A stretch of 51,207 bases of DNA, from NCBI GenBank assembly GCA_002269645.1, contig NIVC01001053.1, positions 93,409 to 144,615 on the forward strand. The letters are read 5' to 3'. The notes beneath the pieces are model-generated. The model saw only the letters and a list, made by a program, of their open reading frames with translations, did no database searches and was not told the DNA's origin. This document shows, piece after piece, positions 24,590-35,467 of the stretch. A program made the translations under genes and the position numbers. Each line of letters begins with the position of its first letter. The stretch's first letter is position 1. The DNA is from Macrostomum lignano. Lineage: Eukaryota.

Positions 24590-25122
24590 GAGAAATGAAG
24601 AGAGCAATAGAATGAGTAATGAATGGAGAAATGAAGGGAGAAATGAAGAAAGTAATAAAGGGAGAAATGAAGGGAGAAATTAATGGAGAAATGAAGGGAG
24701 AAATGAAGGGAAAAATGAAGGGAATAATGAAGGAAGTAATGAAGGGAGAAATGAAGGGAGAAATTATTGGAGAAATGAATGGAGAAATGAAGGGAGAAAT
24801 GAACGGAGAAATGAAGGGAGAAATGAATGGAGAAATGAAGCGAGAAATGAAGGGAATAATGAAGGAAGTAATGAAGGGAGAAATGAAGGGAGAAATGAAT
24901 GGAGAAATGAAGGGAGAAATCAAGGGAATAATGAAGGAAGTAATGAAGGGAGAAATGAAGGGATAAATGAATGGAGAAATCAAGGGAGAAATCAAGCGAA
25001 TAATGAAGGAAGTAATGAAGGGAGGAATGAAGGGAGAAATGAATGGAGAAATGAAGGGAGAAATGAAGGGAGAAATGAAAGGAATAATGGAGGAAGTAAT
25101 GAAGGGAGAAATGAAGGGAGAG
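24590..25122. repeat. 12-bp minisatellite (GGAGAAATGAAG)n
   Basis: Tandem array, read directly; purine-rich on + strand. Confidence 0.93.
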
Positions 25123-25975
25123 AAAAGGTGAGGACGAAAAAGCCAGCAACCAACAAGCAATCCTAGCATGTATCGCTAAAGCCGCTAGAATGAGCAGCAA
25201 AAGCAGAAGACTTTTCGGCTTTTTTTCTAAAAAATCAATACATCTTCAGAATCGAATATTTCTGCAAAACGCTTGCAGGAAAAGCCACATGTTTCAGGAT
25301 CTGCAGCTAGCAGAGTATTGCTTTTTCTCCTTCAAGCCCTGCAGGCAATTATTTCTTGGGATTGTAGCAAAAGTGTCAAAGCTCCCTACTCCAGACAGTC
25401 GAACTGAAGCTTCAATCAGTGTCGACAAGAAACTCCAGAATATTGGCAAAGCAGTTTTCTTCGAGCGTACGTAAACTGGCGATGAGGCTAATACGCCACG
25501 GGAGGGGGTAATTCTTTTTTTGCAAAGAAGAATTGCTCCCGCTTTGAGGGGCAGAGACAACAGCTGCTTTTCCTAGAAACTAGGATCACTGGGATGACCT
25601 CTGTCTATACGCGGGGCATACACGGTTTCAAGATCAAGGATGCCATCTCTGCAACATGTGTTGCAGATTCTGTACAGTTTGTGGCTCGGGCTGAGCGGTT
25701 ACGCAATTGTGTTTGAAAAATCTCATGTACACAGGAGTGAAATCAGCGAAGGTTAGAAGATTTTTCCAGAAAGATCTTTGTCAGCAATCTGTACTATTTA
25801 TGCCAATTCTAAGACGTAGCCAAATTAGAGGCAAGCTTTCAGTCAACTTGAAGCAGCCACTCACACATTTATTGCGATTTCTGCTTTTAGTCACACTTAG
25901 CTTTGCAAGCAGCTATAGAAAGTTTTCGCTTTAATTCTCTTTTTAAATTTCTGTTTGCGATCAATTTCCATCTCT

Positions 25976-27083
25976 GCAGCTTCTGATCTTTGCAGTTTCT
26001 GATCTTTGCAGTTTCTGATCTTTGTAGCTTTTGGTCTTTGTACTATCTGATCTTGTAACTTCTGGTCTTGTAGCTTCTAGTCTTTGTAGCCTCGGGTCCT
26101 TGTAGCTTCTGGTCTTTGTAGCTTATGGTGGTCTGTATAGCTTCTGATCAGGGGGCCGTAGCCCAGCGGTCTAGCGCAGGCTCTGGTGTGCCAGCGGCCC
26201 AGGCTCGATTCCAAGTGGAGTCGAATTAATTTGGAGCTGAATTGGAATCTCGGCTTGGCTCTGCTCGTGCAATTAACGGCCTTGAGAGCCAACCCCCCAA
26301 GGCGCAGAGAAGTGCACATGCCTAACGATAATATAAAGTTAGGGCCGCTGTACACTCCTGTGTGAGTGTGTGCCTGCGTACGCATCCGCGCGCTTGTATG
26401 CCTGCTCAGGGGAGTCGGCGGAATGGGCAGTAATGCCTCTCGCCGGTTGTGTGCCTATGTCGCTTAAAGTGCGCCAGGGTGCACACAACCCCCCTGCCTC
26501 TAATAAAAAATATAGCTTCTGATCTTTGTACGCTCGCAGCTTCTGATCTTTGTCGCTTCTGGTCTTTGTACCATCTAATCTTTGTAGTTTTTTGTCTTTG
26601 TAGCTTCTCGTCTTTGTAGCTTCTGGTCTTTGTAGCTTCTGATCTTTGCAGCTTATGGTCTTTGTAGCTTATGGTGGTCTGTACAGCTTCTGATCTTTGT
26701 ACGCTTGCAGCTTCTGATCTTTGTACGCTCGCAGCTTCTGATCTTTGTAGCTTCTAGTCTTTGTAGCTTCTGGTCTTTGTACCATCTGATCTTTGTAGCC
26801 TTTGATTTTTGTACATTCTAATCTTTGTAGCTTCTGATATTTGTAGCTTCTGATCTTTGTAGCTTTTGGTCTTTGTAGCTTCTGATCCTTGTAGCTTTTG
26901 GTCTTTGTAGCTTCTGGTCTTTGTAGCATATGGTGGTCTGTACGGCTTCTGATCTTTGTACGCTCGTAGCTTCTGGTCTTTTTAGCGTCTGATCTTTGTA
27001 GTTTCTGGTCTTTGTAGCTTCTGTTGGTCTTCGTAGCTTTCAGTTTAGCTTCCAATCTTCGTCGCTGTAACCTTGTAGCTTTT
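25976..27083. repeat. 16-bp minisatellite (GTAGCTTCTGRTCTTT)n interrupted by a SINE
   Basis: Array on both sides of 26150-26510. Confidence 0.92.
26150..26510 (+). mobile_element. tRNA-derived SINE, family B (361 bp)
   Basis: A box TAGCCCAGCGG (26159-26169), B-box-like GGCTCGATTCC (26202-26212), A-rich tail CTAATAAAAAA, perfect 14-bp TSD TATAGCTTCTGATC (26136-26149 / 26511-26524). Confidence 0.9.
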
Positions 27084-27210
27084 ACTCTTTGTAAAGCATT
27101 CTATCAATAGGGCAACCCTAAAGCTTTTAGCTTCGAACTTTCTTAGAAATTTCCATTCTTTCGTGAAAACCACACTACTCCCTTCTACCTTGCGATCCCC
27201 TGCCCTGCAG

Positions 27211-27536
27211 CTCCAACCCGCGAGGCCTCCTTCGCCCACGCCATCACGGCGGCCGGAGTCGTCCACGCGGTCGCCAGGGCCTGCAAGCGGGCCGCCCAGG
27301 ACGGTGAAATCGGCAAAGGTCCCTTCCTGAGCAAGTGCGGCTGCTCCAAGGCCCTACGGCCGGGCAACATCAGCCGAGACTGGATCTGGGGCGGCTGCGG
27401 AGACGACGTGCTGTTCGGCTACGACTTTGCCAAGGGCTTCATCGACGCCAAGGAGTCTGAGCAGAACCACCCCAGGCACAGCATGGAGCTGGCCAAGACC
27501 ATGGTTAATTTGCACAATAACGAGGTCGGACGAAGG
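27211..27536 (+). CDS. Wnt5: Wnt5-like, exon 3
   Basis: TGCAG acceptor phase 1; TREASFAHAITAAGVVHAVARAC..CGCS..DWIWGGCGDD..MVNLHNNEVGRR; AGG|GTGAGT donor phase 0. Confidence 0.97.
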
Positions 27537-27595
27537 GTGAGTCGCTTGTATGCCCTGGACATCAATAATTCCTGATTAATCTAGCCGTCTGACTT

Positions 27596-28570
27596 ACAAC
27601 CCTTGATCCGCAATCCTTGACCTACATTCCTGGACCCACAATCCTTGAACCGCAATCCTTGACCCACAATCCTTGACCTACGATCCTTGACCTACCTACG
27701 ATCCTTGACCCACGGTCCTTGACCTACGATCCTTGACCCACAATGCTTGACCCACGATCCTTGTCCCACAATGCTTGACCCACAATCCTTGACCTACGAT
27801 CATTGATCTAAAATCTTTGTCCCACAATCCTTGAGCCACAGTCCTTGACCCACGATCCTTGAGCCACAGTCCTTGACCCACGATCCTTGACCTACGATCC
27901 TTGACCCACAATGCTTGACCCACGATCCTTGACCCACGATCCTCGACCCACGATCCTTGACCTACGATCCTTGACCCGTAATACTTGATCCACAATCCTT
28001 GACCCACAATCCTTGACCCACAATCCTTGACCAACGATCCTTGACCCACGATCCTTGACCCACAATCCATGATCCACAATCCTTGATCCACAATCCTTGA
28101 CCCACGATCCTCGACCCACGATCCTTGACATACGATCCTTGACTCATGATTCTTGACCCACTAACTTTGATCCACTAGTCTTGACCCACAATCCTTGACC
28201 CATAATCCTTGACCCACAATTCTTGACCCACAATCTTTGACCCGCAATCTTTGACCCTTGACCCAAAATCTTTGACCCACAATCCTTTACCCGCAATCCT
28301 TGGCCCCATTTTTTGACCCGCGATCCTTGACCCACGATCCTTGACATACGATCCTTGACCCATGATCCTTGACCCACTTTCTTTGATCCACTAGTCTTGA
28401 CCCACAATCCTTGACCCATAATCATTGACCCACAATTCTTGACCCACAATCTTTGACCCGCGATCTTTGACCCTTGATCCAAAATATTTCACCCACAGTT
28501 CTTTACCCACAATCCTTGACCCACATTTTGTGACCCGCGATCTTTGACCCACCATCCTGACCCACAATGT
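27596..28570. repeat. 14-bp minisatellite (CCACAATCCTTGAC)n at the 5' end of Wnt5 intron 3
   Basis: Tandem array, read directly. Confidence 0.93.
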
Positions 28571-29361
28571 CTGACTGAAAACATTCCTAATAAAAAGCCT
28601 TAATCTTTGACCACACAATTCCTGATATCATAGCAGCTGAATATGGGACCCATCTACTCGCAATTAACGACATCGCAAGGTTTTTTTGCTACAAATTACA
28701 TACTCGTACGAGCGTATAGTGAAGTAGAAAAAGTATATTCTGCTAACAGCCCAGACAGACAGCCTTAACTTGGTTGACAATAAAACCTGTCAGCCATGAC
28801 CGCCTCGCACCCCGATAAAAAAGGATTAAGACATAAATTTTCATATTTTTTCGCGGCTTCCGAGAGCGGAAGGCTCAGTCTCACAAAGCTTTTCTCTGCT
28901 CAAGACCGGACAACAAAAGCAGAGGCAGTGTCTGAGAAAATTCTTGGCAAATTAAACCAACTCAAGCCATAAACAGGGATTAAGCAAAGTTTGAGCCAAA
29001 TTCGGAGACTGAATCGAATGCAGAAATTTTTTTGGATTCAGAAGCGCCAGACTTTGATAATTTATGATTAACTTGGCTGGGCTGTGGTACGAGTCCCAGG
29101 CAGCCAACGCTACTTGTTAAGCAGAACAGTAAAAAAGCAGACAAAATAGAGGAATTAGTGATATTTTTTGGCAAACTGCCTCGGAGCAGTTTGAGAATTT
29201 GCATTTCAAAAGAGAGAAGTATTCGAGAAACTGGACTGATGAGGCGCTATTCGAACCAAAATTGAGGAGTTCTGCTCTCTTAGGCGAGTGAAGAATTACA
29301 ACTTAACTACTACAGATTTTGCCACAGGAACATCAGAAATATGATTATGACGAGTAGACCT

Positions 29362-29976
29362 GGGAGAGGGGGAGACAGGAGAGGGGAGACAAGAGAGGGG
29401 AGACAGGAGAGGGGGAGACAGAGAGGGGGAGACAGGAGGGGGAGACAGGAGAGGGGAGACAGGAGAGGGGAGACAGGAGAGGGGGAGACAGAGAGGGGGA
29501 GACAGAGAGGGGGAGACAGGAGAGGGGGAGACATAAGAGGGGTGGACAAGAGGGGGATACACGAGAGGGGGAGACAGGAGAGGGGGAGACAGGAGAGGGG
29601 GAGACATGAGAGGGGAGACAGGAGATGGGGAGACATGAGAGGGGAGATAGGAGATAGGGAGACATGAGAGGGGAGACAGGAGATGGGGAGACAGGAGAGG
29701 GGGAGACAGGAGATGGGGAGACATGAGAGGGGAGACAGGAGATGGGGAGACATGAGAGGGGAGACAGGAGATGGGGAGACATGAGAGGGGAGATAGGAGA
29801 TGGGGAGACATGAGAGGGGTGGACAGGAGGGGGAGACAGGAGAGGGGGAGACAGGAGATGGGGAGACAGGAGAGGGGTAGAGAGGAGAGGGGTAGACAAG
29901 AGAGGGGGAGACAGGAGGGTGAGGCAGGAGAGGGGGAGACAGGAGGGTGAAACAAGTCAGAGGGTGAGACAGGAGA
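29362..29976. repeat. About 15-bp purine-rich minisatellite (GGGGAGACAGGAGAG)n at the 3' end of Wnt5 intron 3
   Basis: Tandem array ending about 50 bp before the exon 4 acceptor. Confidence 0.93.
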
Positions 29977-30028
29977 CTTAAGCAACGGCGAATGGCCAGA
30001 CTGCGCCCGACCGCACCTCGCCTCGCAG

Positions 30029-30586
30029 ATGGTGTTCCAAAGCGCCATAGTTGACTGCAAATGCCACGGCGTCAGCGGCTCCTGCTCGCTGAAGACCTGC
30101 TGGCAGCAGCTGCTGCCGTTCAAGCTGATCGGCCAGCGCCTTCTCGGCCTGTACGATCAGGCCGCCAAAGTGAAACTCGCCACCAGAGGCTTCGGCCTTC
30201 GACTGCGCCGCCCGCGCAAAGGCCGGAACAGCACCGCTGCTAATAGAAATTCGCAGTCGCGCAACCGACGCCGCCGTCAGCGACGCCAACGCCGCCAACG
30301 CCAGCGACGACGCCGACGCCCACTCCGCAGCGAGCTGGTGTACATCGCCGATTCGCCAGACTTCTGCCGGCCCAACCACACGCTGGGCATCGAAGGCACC
30401 AGAAATCGGCAGTGCTACCTCAACCCAGAGGACCCGCACACCAGCTGCTCAAAGCTCTGCTGTCAGAGAGGCTACGTGTCCAGGCTGATCAAGGAGACTC
30501 ACAAGTGCAAGTGCAAGTTCGAGTGGTGCTGCAAGATCCACTGCCAGCAGTGCGTCACGCAGAAGGTGGTGCAGATCTGCAATTGA
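30029..30586 (+). CDS. Wnt5: Wnt5-like, exon 4 (to stop)
   Basis: CGCAG acceptor phase 0; CKCHGVSGSCSLKTCW (palmitoleoylation Ser motif), LVYIADSPDFC, CKCKFEWCCKIHCQQC. Spliced CDS 74+266+326+558=1224 nt, 407 aa, 24 Cys in the mature region. Confidence 0.97.
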   Translation: MVFQSAIVDCKCHGVSGSCSLKTCWQQLLPFKLIGQRLLGLYDQAAKVKLATRGFGLRLRRPRKGRNSTAANRNSQSRNRRRRQRRQRRQRQRRRRRPLRSELVYIADSPDFCRPNHTLGIEGTRNRQCYLNPEDPHTSCSKLCCQRGYVSRLIKETHKCKCKFEWCCKIHCQQCVTQKVVQICN

Positions 30587-32769
30587 CAACGTCTGCATGG
30601 TGTTGATGGAGAAGCAGGTTTTAATTATAACTTGGATCACGTCGGAGGGAGCCAGTTATCCAAGTAGCAGCACCCCCAGTTCGTCGTTTGTTCGTATTTT
30701 AGTTTACCAAAACAACAAGCTTTAGAAAACGCTCTTTTACCTCATCCCCTTTGTGACTCCAACCGTTGCATTACAAATTTTGTCTGCTTGTTTTCACGAA
30801 TATTATTTTTTTGTCAAGGCTGCAACATCCGATGTAAAAAAAATAACTCCACCCCTTGAAATATTTTATAAACAATTCAAAACTGTAAAAAATACTTTTC
30901 AGATTATAAAAAGTAGCTTAACCAGTATAACCGAAAAGTCCAATTTTTATTAACCAAATTTTCAATACGGACAACTTAAGTAGAAGGACGAACACTTGCT
31001 GCATGCCTAGACGTTTGACAAGTGACTGATAGACTAAATTTATTTGACAAGTGTCTGTAAACCTGTAGCATTTTAGAAGCGCCCTCCTACTAAAATTGTC
31101 CATGATTTTCAATTTTCAATTTTCCGAACTGTTTTCAATTACCCACCCGCACGAAACATTCTTAAATGTTGTGAGCGAAAGCTGCCTAGTCTCATGCCGT
31201 CACACGCATAAAATACGTTAACTAATGAGCTCATTATAATATGATAATGAGCCAAAAATTGTAATTGCACCTAGCTCTTGCACTTACATTATGTGTGTCG
31301 TAGAACATGACGTTTGTAATTAGTTTTTGTCTCTTATGCATCCAGTTATTAATATGCATGAATCAATTATAAAATTCATATCTCGTGTACATTCTCGCCC
31401 TAACTTACTCTTCAATCTAACGAACTTCATGCAATTTGATATACCTTTTCGATAAATTAAGTGTTTCCCTCACTAACTTTTTCTGTAGTCTCTGTCTCTA
31501 ACTATACTTTTGTCGACTATTTATGAAAAATGATCTCATTTATTTGCGATTCGCATTGTAATGTATTGAATACATTTAGAAAAGGCACCAGCTTTTTAGT
31601 TGTCTAAATTAGTGGTTAGTGTAAATAGTTTGGAAAAAATTTCTTTACAAAAAAGGGACTATAACAATTACTTGTATTAGATAGTTGCTTTCAGAAGCAT
31701 AAACCACGATCCCCAAGACTTCCATTTTGTAGCTCTTAATTGACCTTGACTATCACGTGATCGCTTAAATAGATGTCTTTCTTCAAGGTCATGTTGAAGC
31801 CGTATTGCAGTAAAATCATTTAGGAAAGAAAGGGAAAATCCATGCCTTGTGACTGACGACCTTGGGAATCACCCGCGGTCATTTATTCTAGCAAGCCTAC
31901 TGAACGAAACCGCCAATCATGTGACCTCCATGGAGCCTAAAACGCTAAAAAAACGTCTTGTTTTGGAAAAAATTTGGCGCTTCTGGTGTAATTTAAATGA
32001 CATTTTAATGGCACCGTTTTTCGTTACTCTTAACGATAACGACTGTTTAAATTCTATTTTAGTCGAACAACTCGTTCTGTTTTTGTTTACTCTACACAAT
32101 GTACTAACCAAAAACTCAACCATTTCTAAACTATCAATTTTGAATTTTAATCTCTTGCTAAACATAATATTATTATTTACTATAATTTACCATACGCAGC
32201 TAGCAAATCTTCTAGAAGTGAACGGAATAAAAACGGAAATACAACCGAAAAAGCCCGACTCGCTATACCATGAATAATGTGCGCAGTACCTATGTCTGGC
32301 CTCGCCTGATTGATGTTCACGCATATAAATAAATTTATCGCATGCAGTTTATAACGAGCATGAAAAGAGTACGGAAAAGTGTTCTGGTCAAGTGCGTAAA
32401 AATATTATCCAACTTAATTATAAATAGCATTAGATTTTACTAGAGCGACTAACTCGTTTTAGTCGTTTTAGTTCGTTTTAGCAGTTGCTCAGGTGTACTC
32501 TTTCTGGTTAGTACCCTGCCCTGATACCTGCTATTCAGGTGAAAGACTTTATTTCTAAGGCAAAGCTCTTAAATTGATCTCAAATCAAGGAAGCAATCAA
32601 TATCATAATTATTGCATTTTTTGCATAAATACTTGGAAATTCACTTGAATGTAGTTTAACGGATAACGCAATAACAGACAAAGAGAAGATGGACTATATC
32701 TGAGCGAAAAATCATAATTATAAAATCAATCTTTATCGGAAAATATTGTCAAAGAAATGATGGATGTTT

Positions 32770-32968
32770 TCTTTGACGATATTGTAGATATCTCGGTAGA
32801 TTAAGATAAAATAGTTAATATCTCAGCTGAAAATATAGTGGATATCTTAATGGATAATATTGTGGATATGTTGATGGATAATATTGTGGATATCTCAATG
32901 AGTAATATTGTGGATATGTTGATTGATGATATTGTGGATATCTCAATGGGTAATATTGTGGATATCTC
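32770..32968. repeat. 24-bp satellite (ATGGATAATATTGTGGATATCTCA)n, left part
   Basis: Same unit as 35466-37420; degenerate left edge. Confidence 0.9.
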
Positions 32969-35467
32969 TGAGGTGCCGGGCGTGTTTTGATATACTGCAC
33001 TGCACCTGACTCACCTGAGTTCAATAATGTGTAACTCTAACTAGCCAACCAGCCTAACTAGCCAAACCGGCCTACCCCGGTATGCGCTGCTCTGTGTACT
33101 TTCTCTCTCCCCCTTGACATGATAATATTAAGTAGTGATCGATTCAAAGTTTTAAGCCCACTCACTTGCTTGTCTTTTAAGCCTATATATTGGTCTCGCC
33201 ACCTACCACCTCGTAACTCTCTAATTTAGCAATATTTCGCTCATCTCAAATATACAACTTCGCACTTGACTCAATCAAGCCCACGGGCAGCCTTGTCATC
33301 ATTTACTGGGAGCGACTTGACAATGGCGTCGCAAGCAAACAACTCCGAACTAAACTTGGATGACCCAGACACAGCCGAAGCCTTGCTGCTCAGCTTTGCG
33401 GCTGCCGCACGAACCAAGAAACTGACTGACACAGAAGAAGATCGGCAGATCACCGATCTATTCCTCGCCAGGGCAGGTCTCAAGGCACTGAGAACGCTGT
33501 CCCTCATGGCTGCCCCGGACAGCCTGGAAAAAAACATTTGCACAAATCCGAGACATCATCAAGGAGACAATCCGGTCCAAAAAGCGCCTCGACATTGCCG
33601 AACGAGCGAAATTCCTCGCCCTCAGGCAGGACCCAAGCAAAAGTGTCGCCTCCTACTACCGTCGACTCCGTGCAGCAGCGGCCACGTGTAGCTTTGAGAA
33701 GCTCGGGACGAAACAGTCAAGCGAGGACGAGCTCATCACCATGCGGCTCGTGGACGGACTCGCCTCTGTGGACCACAAGCATAGACTGTTGGAGAGAATG
33801 CAAGCTACCGACATGCTGCTGAATGAGGTGCTGCAAACACTTGAGCAACTTGAGCAAATCCGCTGCTACAACGCCAGCACCGGGGCCGCTGCCAACACTG
33901 AGGCCAGCATTGCCTATGCAGGGCGGCGCGGCACGCCCCCACAGCCAGCGCCAGCAAGACATCAGCAAGACGAAGTGCCAATATTACGGCGGTTCGCACT
34001 AGCAAGGCGCATGCATGCCCCGCGTTCGGCAAGCGGTGCACCGCCTGCAACAAGAAAAACCACTTCGCAGCCGTATGCAGGTCCCGCACCGTGCATTTGG
34101 AGACCTGGGAGGAGAACGAAGGCGCCGAGATGGAGCGAGACACCGCCAACGTCTTCGTCATCAGACCGGAGCGCAGAGAGCGGAACGGCATCTTCCGGCA
34201 GGTCAAAATCAACGGCAAGGAACTGCAAATGAAGGTAGACACGGGCGCTGATATGAGTCTCATTGCACGGGGCCACTGGGAGGCACTTGGATGCCCAGCA
34301 CTGAGGAAATCCAGACGAATTCTGAGACAGTTCGACGGATCGATCATAAGAACCCTGGGAGAGTTCACTGCCACGTGGGATCACCAAGAAAAGTTCCGCA
34401 CAGTCGACTTGGGGGTCACAGCAGCGCGCAAGTCACATGGACTGCTGGGTCTTGACAATTTGGATTGGAACCCCGAAGGCCAGACAGCCAGTGCTCAATG
34501 TTCCGTTGTTCGACACCTCGATTGTCTGAAGGGCTTCCAGGCCAGGATCAAGCTGATTGAGGGTGCCAAGCCTTTCTACTGCGCAGCCAGAGCAGTGCCG
34601 CTGCACCTGCGTGACCACGTCAATCAGGAGCTAAAGCGTCTCGTGACTGAGGGCATCATCGAGCCGGTGACGGAAGGTGTCAGCGAGTGGGCGTCCCCAA
34701 TTGTCTGCGTCCTAAAACCTAATGGCAATGTCAGAATTTGAGCAGACTACAAGGCGGGGTTAACCATCAGGTGTGCGGAGACACCTACCCCATGCCAACC
34801 GTCGAAACGATCTTCTCGGACGTTGCCGGAATGACTGACTTTGCCACTCTCGACCTATCTGACGCCTACTTGCAGATCGAGCAGAGGAGAAGAGCAGGGA
34901 GGTCACCACGATTGCAACTCCGTTAGGGCTGTTCCGCTACATCCGACTAGTGCCTGGCCTTAAGTCAGCATCCGCCATCTTTCAAAAGGCAATGGAGACC
35001 ACCCTCGAGGACGTAAGCGGCAAAGTAATCTATCAAGACGACATCCTTATCGGAGGTCAATCTGCCGAGAGTCTCAAGGCCAAAGTTGATGAAGTAATCA
35101 AGACCCTTCAGGCGGCCGGCATGAATATAAATCTCGCCAAATCCAACCTGGGGGCCAAGACAGTCAAGTTCCTGGAATACAGAATCAGCGCAGACGTGAA
35201 CGGCGACCTCCGCTCCGAGGGGGCGGCGAAGCCCGCCGACCTTCCAACGGTGACGCCTGGCAGCGACGGACCTCCGGTCTCGGCCACGTCAGAGCAGGCG
35301 GAGAACAAGCCGGCGGCGAGCTCAGTCCCGAGTACCCCCCGAGCCCGGTGGCCACGACCGCTTAGCGGAGAGCATAGCCGGAACTGACAAGGCGATACGG
35401 CTCAGAAACCGAGCTACAACCTCCGAGCGAATCGAGGCGTGCCCCCGTTGCGATTCGAAGGGGGAGA
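32969..35467 (+). mobile_element. Degenerate, internally deleted Ty3/Gypsy LTR retrotransposon
   Basis: Putative 5' LTR TG..CA (32969-33322), PBS-like TGGCGTCG at 33324 overlapping the gag ATG; frameshifted gag with CPAFGKRCTACNKKNHFAAVC knuckle; protease VDTGAD; RT WASPIV..RICADYK, LDLSDAYLQI, YQDD; jump at about 35195 to a pol C-terminal tail (no RNase H/integrase); PPT GAAGGGGGAGA at 35458-35467. Confidence 0.9.

Noticed and set aside
26150-26225. tRNA gene on the plus strand
   Set aside because: Head of a TSD-flanked SINE; the B box is degenerate and there is no full cloverleaf.
22514-29976. Intronic arrays as CRISPR-like loci or coding repeats (GEMK, VTDSQ, IVGQG, YKDQK ORFs)
   Set aside because: No unique spacers or cas genes, eukaryotic context, and the units are head-to-tail minisatellites.
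31849-32277. 142-aa plus-strand ORF downstream of Wnt5
   Set aside because: AT-rich, no recognisable motif or splice context; likely chance or TE-derived non-coding DNA.
33095-33120. Minus-strand PPT-like AAGGGGGAGAGAG inside the putative LTR, suggesting a second LTR element
   Set aside because: Not followed by TG and no associated coding remnants.
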